Shown here: positions 49,060 through 58,971 of the stretch, piece by piece
Layout: each line of letters starts with the position of its first letter
How positions within the stretch are numbered: the first letter of the stretch is position 1
Assembly (NCBI GenBank): GCA_963804165.1
Contig: CAWDPO010000042.1
Span: 85,219-149,218, forward strand
DNA: 64,000 nucleotides
Reading direction: 5' to 3'
DNA from: an uncultured delta proteobacterium
GTDB taxonomy: Bacteria; Desulfobacterota; Binatia; UBA9968
The notes under the pieces: model-generated
The model's database searches: none
Told to the model about the DNA's origin: nothing
The model's input: the letters and a program-made list of their open reading frames with translations, nothing else
Program-made: the position numbers and the translations under genes

Positions 49060-50667
49060 ATGTCTACCGATCATCTACCGCACGCATCGACTTGGAGTCC
49101 ACTGCGCCAGCCGCTGTTCCGCGCTCTTTGGCTGGCTTCCGTGGCGTCTAACATCGGCACCTGGATGCAAAATGTCGGCGCGGCGTGGCTGATGACATCG
49201 CTCGCTCCCAGTCCGACGATGGTGGCGCTGGTGCAAGCGGCAACGAGCTTGCCGGTTTTTCTCGTAGGGCTGCCCGCCGGAGCAGTAGCGGATCTTGTCG
49301 ACCGCCGCCGTTTGTTGCTGGTCACGCAGGGCTGGATGCTCGCTGCGGCCAGCGTGCTCGGCGTCTTGACGATCATGGACGCGATCACGCCCTGGAATTT
49401 GTTGACGCTGACTTTCGCGCTCGGTCTCGGCGCGGCGATGAATGCGCCGGCGTGGCAAGCGATCATTCCGGAATTGGTCGGCGATGCCGAACTGCGGGGC
49501 GCGGTAACTCTGAACGGTATCGGCTATAACGTGGCGCGCGCCGTCGGCCCGGCGCTCGGCGGTATCGTCGTTGCCACGCTGGGATCGGGCGCCGTGTTCA
49601 TATTGAACGCATGTTCCTTTCTCGGCGTGATGGTTGTCCTCTATCGCTGGCCGCGGACGCTAAACGTGAGCGCGTTGCCCGCGGAGGATGTGTTCGGCGC
49701 CATGCGTGCCGGCATCCGCTACGTCCGTCACGCGCCCGCCGTGCAGGCGGTTCTCCTGCACACGGGCACCTTCATCTTTGGCGGCAGCGCGCTGTGGGCG
49801 CTCTTGCCGCTGGTGGCACGCGACGAATTGGCGCTCGATGCGACCGGCTACGGTGTGATCTTGGGTTGTTTGGGCGCCGGAGCCGTCGGCGGCGGCCTGT
49901 TCTTGCCGCGGATCCAGCAGCGCATGTCGACCGACGCATTACTGGCCAGTGCCATCGCGCTCTTCGCTTTGGCAACCGCGGGTCCGGTTTATGCGCGTCA
50001 CTTCGCGCTTCTCTGCGCCGTGATGATCGCCGGCGGTGTCGCCTGGATCACAATCATGTCTACCTTCAATGTCGCGGCCCAAGTGACAGTACCGGCATGG
50101 GTGCGGGCACGCGCGTTGGCGGTCTACGGCATCGTGTCCCAAGGCGGCATGGCGCTCGGCAGCGCTTTTTGGGGATTGGTAGCTGAGCGCGTGAGTCTCT
50201 CGACGACGTTGCTATTGGCCGGCGCCACTCTGGCCGTTGGCATAGTGACGACGCTACGTTATCGCTTGCGGCTGGACGAGAAGATCGATTTCACGCCATC
50301 GCCGCACTGGCCCGAGCCGATCTTGTCTATGCATCCTGAGCCGGACGCCGGTCCGGTATTGGTGACGGTGGAATATATGATCGACGCGGCGCGGGCGCAG
50401 GAATTTGTGACGGCCATGCACAGCATGCGCCTTCTACGCCTGCGCGACGGCGCCTATCGATGGGGACTTTACAATGATTCCGCGACACCGACGCGATTTC
50501 TGGAAACCTTCGTCGTCGAATCGTGGGCCGAACACCTGCGCCAACACGAGCGCGTCACGGTAGCGGACAAAGAAACCGAAGATGTCGTCCGCGCCTTCCA
50601 CGTCGGCGCGGCACCGCCGGCGATCTCGCACCTCATCTATGCCCGCGCCATAGCGCCCAAGAGATAA
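49060..50667 (+). CDS. MFS_3 transporter with a C-terminal soluble domain
   Basis: SNIGTWMQ, ADLVDRRRLL and ESWAEHLRQHER. Confidence 0.92.
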   Translation: MSTDHLPHASTWSPLRQPLFRALWLASVASNIGTWMQNVGAAWLMTSLAPSPTMVALVQAATSLPVFLVGLPAGAVADLVDRRRLLLVTQGWMLAAASVLGVLTIMDAITPWNLLTLTFALGLGAAMNAPAWQAIIPELVGDAELRGAVTLNGIGYNVARAVGPALGGIVVATLGSGAVFILNACSFLGVMVVLYRWPRTLNVSALPAEDVFGAMRAGIRYVRHAPAVQAVLLHTGTFIFGGSALWALLPLVARDELALDATGYGVILGCLGAGAVGGGLFLPRIQQRMSTDALLASAIALFALATAGPVYARHFALLCAVMIAGGVAWITIMSTFNVAAQVTVPAWVRARALAVYGIVSQGGMALGSAFWGLVAERVSLSTTLLLAGATLAVGIVTTLRYRLRLDEKIDFTPSPHWPEPILSMHPEPDAGPVLVTVEYMIDAARAQEFVTAMHSMRLLRLRDGAYRWGLYNDSATPTRFLETFVVESWAEHLRQHERVTVADKETEDVVRAFHVGAAPPAISHLIYARAIAPKR

Positions 50668-50722
50668 CGGGCGCAAAGACAATGCGGCGATAATCGAAAG
50701 CTCGCCGCTTTGCAGGACAAAT

Positions 50723-51865
50723 TTAGGTCAATTTCGGCGTAAGAATTCGGAAACCCGCGGCGGGATACGGCGAGTCGGGCACGTCTTTGTCACCGGCGTA
50801 ACCGATCAGGCGGTGAATTTGTCGGGCAGCGTCGGTTGGCGCAACACCCCGGCCCAGCACCATGTCGAGATAATTAAATTCGATCAAAGCGCTGGCCGTC
50901 CAGTCAACACTGCGATCGTAGCCGGATACGGGAAAGCGCACGGTCTCCTGCAGCGCCCGCGCCAACCCGCCGGCCTCGCCGTCCTGGATCATGAGACACG
51001 CGGAAAAATGCAGCAGCATTATGTTGTCGGCATAGCGCAGGCTTTCCACCAGCCGTTTCGTGTCCAGCGGCTTGCCCTGAACCGTAAGGCCTTCCTGAGT
51101 TCCGTGACTGGCGAGGACAACCACCACCGGCTCGGGCAAATACATCAACTCCCGACACCAACGCTGCAGGCCAGCCTCATCTTCGAAAAACCGCTGGCGA
51201 ACGTTCACATGCGGGAGGCGCGCGAAGAACTCGCGCAACATGCTACCGAAGGCGTATTCCTTCTCGAGGTATGAGCGCTGCCAGTGCGCTTCGATTACGA
51301 CTAACCAGAGTAAGTTGGGCATCGCCATCAGGCGCTGTCCCCGCCAAGGTGCCCATTGCTCCGTGCCGTCGGCGCGCCATTCACCGCGAAAACTAGTCGC
51401 GCCCGGATCGAGCTCGAAATGGCCTATTCCTTGTGTGCGCGGTTCGCGATAGCGAAGCGTGAGCCGATCGTTTTCCAGTCGGCCTTCAAGGGCGGATGGC
51501 CCCGCGCTTTCGTAGAAACCGATGACGCGATCGGTTTCGTGCGCCAATCGCAGCAGGCCGAACGAACTGTCCCAAATTCCTTCGAATTCTCGCTCACCGA
51601 TCCAGGCTGACCAATCCGCGACACCTTTCGGCCGCCACAGGCCGGCGAACCTCCCGTGGCGCACCAGCTCGAACCATCCTTCTCCTTCGACCGTAGGTTC
51701 TTGGTAGTGAAAGTGAAATCGGCCGTTCCGGATCGATCCTTCGATCGGACAGCGATTCTCACGGTAGGTATAGAATCCTTCAACTCGATTCCCATCGTGA
51801 GTCAGTTCCATGGGACCGAACGTGGTAAACCAGCGGCCGGAAAAATTTGACATGAAGACCGACAT
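50723..51865 (-). CDS. Hypothetical protein: two repeated beta-rich domains plus a caspase/CHAT-like alpha/beta domain
   Basis: FSGRWFTTFG/FEGIWDSSFG repeat; LASHG...HFSAC dyad-like motifs. Confidence 0.7.
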   Translation of the reverse strand: MSVFMSNFSGRWFTTFGPMELTHDGNRVEGFYTYRENRCPIEGSIRNGRFHFHYQEPTVEGEGWFELVRHGRFAGLWRPKGVADWSAWIGEREFEGIWDSSFGLLRLAHETDRVIGFYESAGPSALEGRLENDRLTLRYREPRTQGIGHFELDPGATSFRGEWRADGTEQWAPWRGQRLMAMPNLLWLVVIEAHWQRSYLEKEYAFGSMLREFFARLPHVNVRQRFFEDEAGLQRWCRELMYLPEPVVVVLASHGTQEGLTVQGKPLDTKRLVESLRYADNIMLLHFSACLMIQDGEAGGLARALQETVRFPVSGYDRSVDWTASALIEFNYLDMVLGRGVAPTDAARQIHRLIGYAGDKDVPDSPYPAAGFRILTPKLT

Positions 51866-52168
51866 CCCTGTCTGAATTGCCTAAGTTATCCTGACCATAA
51901 ATTCGCTACTCTCCGATATCAAACATTTGAGCGGGAGCAAAATGCTCGACCGGAGCTTCGGTTATATCCGAGTATCCGCCATTTTCGAGAATCATGTCTT
52001 TTGGCGCTCCGATGGTCTGGCTAGTCCGGATGTTTTCGAACATTTTTTGGTAGCGAGATCACCTTATCGTCATGAATTTATAATACAGCAGACATAAGCA
52101 AGAAATATTCTCCCCGTAGAATCCGCCGTTGTTTGAATTCAACGCGGGCCCGAAACGGGAGGTATTCT

Positions 52169-53768
52169 ATGTCATTCAACGATCATGTCTCTCGACGCAA
52201 GTTCTTGAAGTCTTCGGCGTTGTTGTTGGGAGCGGCAGCCGTTCCCTTGGTCGGCAATCGTACAGCCAGCGCGGCCAGCGTTAACGCCATCTCGGGCGCC
52301 ACGCAGCAACTGGAGCAGGGCATCCAGATCGGCGACGTTGTCGGCGACCGCGCCGTCATCTGGAGCCGCTCAGACCGGCCGGCACGTTTGTTGGTGGAGT
52401 ACGATGTGAGCCAAAGCTTTAACGACGCCGTTCGCGTGCGCGGGCCGTTCGCTCTGGAAGCCAGCGACTATACGGCGCGCGTCGACTTGACCGATCTGCC
52501 CGAGGACAGTGAAATCCACGTGCGCGTGATGTTTCATGACCTCTCGAATAATCGCGCTCTGAGCGACCCGGTCCATGGCCATTTCCGCACCGCGCCGGCA
52601 AAGAGTCGCTCGATCCGCTTCCTCTGGAGCGGCGATACCGCGGGCCAGGGCTGGGGAATCAATCCGGAATTTGGCGGTATGAAAATCTATGAGGCCATGC
52701 TGCAGACGCGCCCAGATTTCTTCATCCACTCCGGCGACAATATCTACGCCGACGGTCCCATCCAAGAAATCGTCACCGCCGAAGAAGGAAAAGTGTGGCA
52801 CAACATCGTCACCCCCGAAGTATCCAAGGTGGCCGAAACCCTCGCCGAGTTCCGCGGCAGATACAAATACAATCTGCTGGACGAAAACGTTCGCCGGTTC
52901 AACGCCGAAGTCCCGCAAATCTGGCAGTGGGACGACCACGAAGTCGTCAATAATTGGTCCGATTCGAAGGACCTCTCGGCGGATGCGCGCTACACCGAGA
53001 AGAACGTGCCGCTCCTGATCGCCCGCGGTTCCCGCGCATTTCTTGAATACGCTCCCATGCGTTACTTCAACATAGAAGAAAGTGAAAGGGTCTATCGGCA
53101 TATTCCCTATGGCAGACTTTTGGACGTGTTCGTGCTTGATATGCGCAGCTATCGAGCGGGCAAGAGTTTCAACCGGCAGGCGGCGCCCGGACCCGAGACC
53201 GCTTTCTTAGGCGAAGAACAAATCGCTTGGCTGAAAATCGCACTGCGCGAGTCGAAGGCCGTGTGGAAAGTGATCGCGGCCGATATGCCGCTCGGGTTGC
53301 AGGTTGGTGACGGCGCCGACTCCGCCGGCCGTCCTGCGTTGGGAAAATAGCGCGAACGGTGACGGGCCTGTGTTGGGCCGGGAATTCGAGATCGCGGACA
53401 TCCTAAGATACATCAAACGTCAACGGATCGACAACGTGGTTTGGCTCACGGGCCGACGTGCACTATTGCGCAGCGCATTACTACGATCCCCAGAAAGCGC
53501 AGTTTCGCGACTTCGATTCCTTCTGGGAATTTGTCTGCCGGCCCGCTAAATGCCGGCAGCTTCGGTCCCAATGTGTTGGACAATACCTTCGGTCCGCAAA
53601 GTGACCTTTCAGAAAGCGCCGCCGGCGGCCAACTATTCTCCGCTTGCCGGCCTGCAATTCTTCGGACAAGTGGATATCGACGGTCGCAGTGCGGTGATGA
53701 CGGTAAGCTTAAAGGACATTAACGGAGTGCCTGTTTTCACTCAGACCCTACACCCGAGAGGCCGGTAG
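52169..53768 (+). CDS. phoD: Alkaline phosphatase D, Tat-exported (several frameshifts after 53340)
   Basis: SRRKFLK Tat signal, GDNIYAD, WDDHEV and LDMRSYR. Confidence 0.88.
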
Positions 53769-54129
53769 TCGCGGACATTAACATTTATTGGGGCGAATGC
53801 GGGCCCGAATTGAAGAGCAGCGCTCCAATCACAAATGCCGGGAATCTCCATCCACCAACACCCACCAACTTCCTCTAGCTCGAACGTCTTGGCGGTATCT
53901 TCAATCCGTCTTGCTTCGATGACGGGACCGATACGTTCCGAACCACGCATCGTAACCAAGGCCTGCCCTGCGGTCTGGAAGCGCACTTCCAGAAATCCAC
54001 TCGCTCTCAATAAAACTCTTGGAGAACTCCTGACAGTCAAAATTGTCAAATCGGGATCTATTGTAAACATCATTGTCAACATATCGTCAGAGCGTCTCTG
54101 TAACTTGTTGAAATATTGACTGTCGAATA

Positions 54130-54145
54130 TGGCATCTCGCTTGCT
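54130..54145 (+). promoter_or_regulatory. sigma54 promoter
   Basis: TGGCAT-CTCGC-TTGCT (-24/-12), followed by an RBS and ATG at 54183. Confidence 0.7.
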
Positions 54146-54182
54146 GTAATTTTGTTTAACTCGGCGTTAAGGAAGGGAAGCC

Positions 54183-54554
54183 ATGGCTAGAATCATAAAG
54201 GAACCGTTTGCTCCAAAGAGAAGAATTTTCAACAAAGGTATTTCTCGGACCGGATGGTGGCGCGGATTCTTTGCCGTCCTCTCTCTAGCTTTCCTGAAAA
54301 CTCACTCCTAGTAGCGGAATCCAAGGCCGGCTTTGCTGTCACGGCCTGGTTATTCGGCCGGCCTGACGTTCACATTCCAATTCCCGCACAAAATCACGTT
54401 TCTCTCGAATCACGATCCAAACGAGACCGTAGTTGCACGGCAATCAGCGGCCGTTGACGGCCTGCAATGGCGTGTTGCGGCCCGGCTTTCGAATAGCAAT
54501 GCTGACGTAACCGTTACAGCGAGGGCAAGCTCTCGCCGGGAGCCGCAATTGTAA
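54183..54554 (+). pseudogene. Small, possibly exported protein broken into fragments
   Basis: AAGGAAGGG RBS and ATG, early stop near 54310, downstream ORF 54333-54554. Confidence 0.3.
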
Positions 54555-54628
54555 GTCATTCAAACAAATCCGTACCGAACGGAACCCGGCGACACAATAC
54601 TAATTATTTCTTGATTAACCGCGGAAAT

Positions 54629-54664
54629 AAAAAAGGCCCGCACTCCTAGGAGTGCGGGCCTTTT
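54629..54664. terminator. Bidirectional intrinsic terminator
   Basis: AAAAAAGGCCCGCACTCCTAGGAGTGCGGGCCTTTT palindrome. Confidence 0.9.
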
Positions 54665-54689
54665 GTTTGCCGGCATTAGGCTCGGGGGG

Positions 54690-57050
54690 TTACCATTTGC
54701 CGACAACCGGGATATCGCCCGCGGTGCCGAAATTCGGCACGTAGAGATCCAAGGTCGGGCCATCCCACTTGTTGTTGCCGTTAAGATCCAAGTACCAATC
54801 CCCGGTCGAAGGACGGAAAACCCCGATCTTGCTGACCCCGGTGCCGTTCCAGTCACCGACCACGGGCATGTCCCCGGCTACACCAAAAGAAAAGCAGGTG
54901 TCCTTGCCACAGCCGTCCCAGGTTTTCTTATTGTTGCGGTCAAGAAACCACTGGCGCGTGCTGGGCCTGAAAAGTCCCATCTGGCTCGTCCCACGGCCCA
55001 TCCAATCGCCCACTACCGGGATGTCGCCGGCTTGATAGCTATTAAAATTGACGCAGGAGTCGGCGTTGCAGCCGTCCAGGGTATCATTGCCGTTGCTATC
55101 GAGGTGCCAGCGCTTTTCCGTCGCTCTAAAGATCCCGATGCCGGCTTCGGCCGCCGTCGTCCATTTGCCCACCACAGGCAGATCGCTGGACGCGCCGAAG
55201 GAATCGATGCAGATATCGATCTGACAGCCGTCAAAGGCGCCGTTGCCGTTGCCGTCCAAAAGCCACTGAGCTGAATCCGATACGAAGACCCCAAGCTTCA
55301 CTTTGCCCGAGCCGTCCCAATCGCCGACCACGGGCAGCGCCGCTGAGCCGCTAAAGGCTTCGACACAGATATCGGTGCTGCACCCTTCCCAAGTGCCGCT
55401 GCCATTCTGATCGAGGTACCACTGTCCGGTGGACGGGCGGTAAACTCCGATCCGATCCATCAAGTTATTCTGAAAGTTGGCCGTGACCGTGGTACTGGAC
55501 GATACCGTGACGGTACAGTCCCCTGCCCCGGTGCAGCCGCCGCTCCAGCCGGTGAAGACGTATCCGGTCTCTGCCGTGGCGCGCAGTGAGATGGCGTTTC
55601 CACCAAACACATTGGAGACGCAGGTGGTGCCGCAGTCGATCCCGGAGGTCATGCTCTTGACGTTGCCTTTGCCCTTTTTCTCCACAGTCAGCGTATTGCC
55701 GTTGACCGAGAACTTGGCCGTGCAGGTCTTGCTGGCGTTGAGGGTCACCGTACCGTCGCTGCAGTCAGCGTCTCCACTCCAGCCCGCAAACTTGGAATTG
55801 GTCCCAGGGACCGGAGTCAGGCTAACCACCTGTCCGGAGGTGTAGAGCTGGGTACAGTCGCTGCCACAGTCGATGCCGGCCGGGGAGCTAACGATCCGAC
55901 CGCTGGCTGTGCCGCTCGACGTGACCTCATTGACGATGCTCGTGGTGAGCGTATAGCCGGGTGTCAGATTGAACGTTGCCGTACAACTAAAGGCCGCATT
56001 GACCGTGACCACGCCGTCGGTGCAGTCGGCATTGCCCGACCAGCCCCCAAAGGTGGAGCCGCTGGCGGCCACGGCACTCAAGGTCACCACGGTGTTGGCG
56101 GTATAAGTCTCTGAACAATCCGTTCCGCAGCTGATGCCGGCCGGTGCGCTCGTGATCGTGCCGCTGCCGGTGCCGGCTCGGCTTACAGACAGCGTGACGG
56201 CGTTGACCGAGAACTTGGCCGTGCAGGTCTTGCTGGCGTTGAGGGTCACCGTACCGTCGCTGCAGTCAGCGTCTCCACTCCAGCCCGCAAACTTGGAATT
56301 GGTCCCGGGGACCGGAGTCAGGCTAACCACCTGTCCGGAGGTGTAGAGCTGGGTACAGTCGCTGCCGCAGTCGATGCCGGCCGGGGAGCTAACGATCCGA
56401 CCGCTGGCTGTGCCGCTCGACGTGACCTCATTGACGATGCTCGTGGTCAGCGTATAGCTGGACACGACGGGCACGAGATTGAAAGTGGCCGTACAACTAA
56501 AGGCCGCATTGACCGTGACCACGCCGTCGGTGCAGTCGGCATTGCCCGACCAGCCCCCAAAGGTGGAGCCGCTGGCGGCCACGGCGCTCAAGGTCACCAC
56601 GGTGTTGGCGACATAAGACTCGGAACAATCAGTGCCGCAGTTGATGCCGGCCGGTGCGCTCGTGATCGTGCCGCTGCCGGTGCCGGCTCGGCTTACAGAA
56701 AGGGCAAAGGTGACGACCGCCGCCGCGGGTGTCGTGGCGCAGTTCTCATTGGAGTAGGGTGAATTGCCGCCCGAGTTAAACGCCAGGACGCGGTAACAGT
56801 AGGTCGTACCGTTGGTTAAATTTTGATCGGTGTAGCTTACGGCGTTGGCGCCGAGGCTCGCCAGCTGTTGGTAGGTGCCGCTGGTGCCGATGCGCCGTTC
56901 GATGCGAAAACCGTCTTCGTTACTCGAACTGTCGGTCCAAGTTAAAGTTAAGGTCGGTAAGGCCGCGTTGGCAGGTTGCTGGGTTCCCAATAAACCCAAA
57001 ACCAGTGTGGAAAATAACAGAAACCATCTTAATGAACTCTTTAATAGCAC
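54690..57050 (-). CDS. Secreted/surface protein: Fn3 + five Cys-containing B-repeat-like domains + C-terminal VVGDW repeat domain
   Basis: Signal peptide, LTWTDSSSNEDGFRIER, repeated PAGIxCGxDC...FxGWSG..C and PVVGDWxGxG...GVFRPS. Confidence 0.88.
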   Translation of the reverse strand: MLLKSSLRWFLLFSTLVLGLLGTQQPANAALPTLTLTWTDSSSNEDGFRIERRIGTSGTYQQLASLGANAVSYTDQNLTNGTTYCYRVLAFNSGGNSPYSNENCATTPAAAVVTFALSVSRAGTGSGTITSAPAGINCGTDCSESYVANTVVTLSAVAASGSTFGGWSGNADCTDGVVTVNAAFSCTATFNLVPVVSSYTLTTSIVNEVTSSGTASGRIVSSPAGIDCGSDCTQLYTSGQVVSLTPVPGTNSKFAGWSGDADCSDGTVTLNASKTCTAKFSVNAVTLSVSRAGTGSGTITSAPAGISCGTDCSETYTANTVVTLSAVAASGSTFGGWSGNADCTDGVVTVNAAFSCTATFNLTPGYTLTTSIVNEVTSSGTASGRIVSSPAGIDCGSDCTQLYTSGQVVSLTPVPGTNSKFAGWSGDADCSDGTVTLNASKTCTAKFSVNGNTLTVEKKGKGNVKSMTSGIDCGTTCVSNVFGGNAISLRATAETGYVFTGWSGGCTGAGDCTVTVSSSTTVTANFQNNLMDRIGVYRPSTGQWYLDQNGSGTWEGCSTDICVEAFSGSAALPVVGDWDGSGKVKLGVFVSDSAQWLLDGNGNGAFDGCQIDICIDSFGASSDLPVVGKWTTAAEAGIGIFRATEKRWHLDSNGNDTLDGCNADSCVNFNSYQAGDIPVVGDWMGRGTSQMGLFRPSTRQWFLDRNNKKTWDGCGKDTCFSFGVAGDMPVVGDWNGTGVSKIGVFRPSTGDWYLDLNGNNKWDGPTLDLYVPNFGTAGDIPVVGKW
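55701..56699. repeat. Intragenic tandem duplication of ~500 bp (55701-56189 and 56202-56699)
   Basis: Near-identical nucleotide copies encoding two domains each. Confidence 0.92.
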
Positions 57051-57116
57051 AAAACACCCCCGAGAACCTCGTTGTGAAACCGAAACGTTGCACGGTTCTC
57101 CAGTGAGATGTGCTAT

Positions 57117-57203
57117 CGTCCGGCAACCCTGCTACCGTATCTCGTGAGAGACTTAGGCCAGTGGCTTTGCGTCCCGCGCTTTCGCGCGGTTTGCCCTTGA
57201 CGG
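57117..57203 (-). ncRNA. c-di-GMP-I (GEMM) riboswitch
   Basis: AAGGGCAAACCGCGC-GAAA-GCGCGGGACGCAAAGCCACTGGCCTAAG...GGTAGCAGGGTTGCCG; P1 CGTC/GACG. Confidence 0.92.
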
Positions 57204-57323
57204 AGTAGAGCGATCTTTAGTCTATCGTTCCTCCAACTTATTCTTCATCTTACGCTTCATCGTATTGTTGCTTTTCGACATCATGTCCTTGCGCAATTTC
57301 CTCTGATGTCGATAAATCTATAT

Positions 57324-57339
57324 AGCAACCCCCATGCCA
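57324..57339 (-). promoter_or_regulatory. sigma54 promoter of the riboswitch-surface protein transcript
   Basis: TGGCAT-GGGGG-TTGCT on the minus strand. Confidence 0.75.
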
Positions 57340-57559
57340 CGTTCGTCGCCTTGATCCTTGCGCAGTTGAAGTCATTTCTTGTCATCCCCTAGCGCTCGTC
57401 CCCCCACAAATTCGTCGACCGTTTTCGTGCGCTCGGCCAATGAGCTAACTGCTTCACGATTTGCTCTTTCACCTACAAACCGATGGCTGAACTCCCTAGC
57501 GCGTCATTTCTTACCCCTCTTACCGCTGCGCCGGACACCATAGCCTTGAGAAGATTTTA

Positions 57560-57756
57560 ATGAACTATCCCGCAGCAAACTGACGGCGCCTCAGAATATA
57601 GCGATGAGAATTTGTCCCAAAGACACCTCCGAATGTTTTAATCGGGGAGCCACGTCCGGTCCCCGCCTGGATTCCCAATAGAAGCATTCGGAAATAACGG
57701 ACGCTACGAGGGCTGGAATTGCTCTTGACGCAGCAAGCTACGGGAAATCGAACCCC
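57560..57756. repeat. Degenerate REP/MITE-like composite element
   Basis: TGAACTATCCCGCAGCAAACTGACGG and CGCAGCAAGCTACGGGAAATCGAACCC ends around a CTGGATTCCC...GGAAATAACG REP-like unit. Confidence 0.45.
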
Positions 57757-57924
57757 ATCCCGTCTGTGACTTGCCTAAGGTGCTTAACTTCAATTCTCCC
57801 AGAGAATAATCCGTGCTCGGAGAAAACTAGGAAAACTCTCCTTCTTCACCTTTCTACGAGCCAATCCGCAGTCCGGTTTGTTTTCGCACTTTTTCCCGAG
57901 TCCCTAGTTATAGGACGACTCCAC

Positions 57925-58758
57925 CTACTTCCTCACACTCGTGTCCTCCAGCTCTGCGCCCTTCACCCAGCCGATCGCGCCGCTTTTGGTTTTCACCATG
58001 TACCAAAATTCGCCGGCGCCGGAGACTTTACCGAGCGGGACTAGGTCCTCGCCGCGCTCCAGTTTGCCGATGACTTCGGATTGCGCATCCTGCTGCGCGT
58101 GGAGCAATATGCCATTGCCCTTCGCCCGCAGCCCTTTGGACAGAGGCATCGTGGGTTCGAGATCCATCGCGCCGCCGGCTACTTCGGCGCCGCCACCGCT
58201 GACCAGCTTGCGAAAAACATCGACGACTTCGCGTGCCGCCCAATCGCGGGAGCCGGATTTCATGCCGATGGCCTGGCCGTTGCCGTCGATCAAGAACGTC
58301 ACGGGGATGCCATACACACGATAAGACGCCGCGACGCGGCCATCGCTATCCAAAGGCGCGCGAAAGTTAAGTCCATTAGTTTTCATGTAGCGCATGACCT
58401 GGGCCGCGCTTTCGCGCTGATTGATCGCCAAAATAGTAAAGCCTTGACCGCCAAATGACCGGCTGAGTTGCTCCATCGACGGCATCTCTTCCCTGCAGGG
58501 TCCGCACCAGGTCGCCCAGAAATTGACTAAGATCAAATTGCCGCGATTGCCGCCCAGGCTGGCGATGCCACCGCCGCCGTCTTTTAAATTGAAATCCGGC
58601 GCGCGCGTGAACGCCGGCTTGGTCAAACCGATCGACTTGATCAGTTCATCGACCGAAGCCCCTGCTTTAGCCTGCGCGTATGCGGACCCGACGCCGAGCA
58701 TACCTAGAGCACACCCGGCAACAATATATTTCCCAAATTCGAGCAATTGTCCGATCAT
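57925..58758 (-). CDS. TlpA/ResA-like thioredoxin with a C-terminal SH3b domain
   Basis: NFWATWCGPCREEMP; WYMVKTKSGAIGWV. Confidence 0.9.
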   Translation of the reverse strand: MIGQLLEFGKYIVAGCALGMLGVGSAYAQAKAGASVDELIKSIGLTKPAFTRAPDFNLKDGGGGIASLGGNRGNLILVNFWATWCGPCREEMPSMEQLSRSFGGQGFTILAINQRESAAQVMRYMKTNGLNFRAPLDSDGRVAASYRVYGIPVTFLIDGNGQAIGMKSGSRDWAAREVVDVFRKLVSGGGAEVAGGAMDLEPTMPLSKGLRAKGNGILLHAQQDAQSEVIGKLERGEDLVPLGKVSGAGEFWYMVKTKSGAIGWVKGAELEDTSVRK

Positions 58759-58971
58759 CTAGCGTCCTCCACGGAATGATTGGATAGGCTCATATCGAAA
58801 TCGCGCCGATCTGTCGAATCCTCGCGGCCGAGGGCATCGGATTGACCGTCGAATTTGCATCGGCTACTCTCGGGTCGACTATATGTTATGTCATTGAGCT
58901 ATCTCAACGAAGCGCGCCGCACGGCGCAGTGATCTCGATAAATCCAAAACCACGTCCACTGAAATCTCTTA

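Noticed and set aside
57117-57203. 3',3'-cGAMP-sensing GEMM-Ib variant
   Set aside because: The position equivalent to Vc2 G20 is G (AAGGGCAAA), matching the c-di-GMP class.
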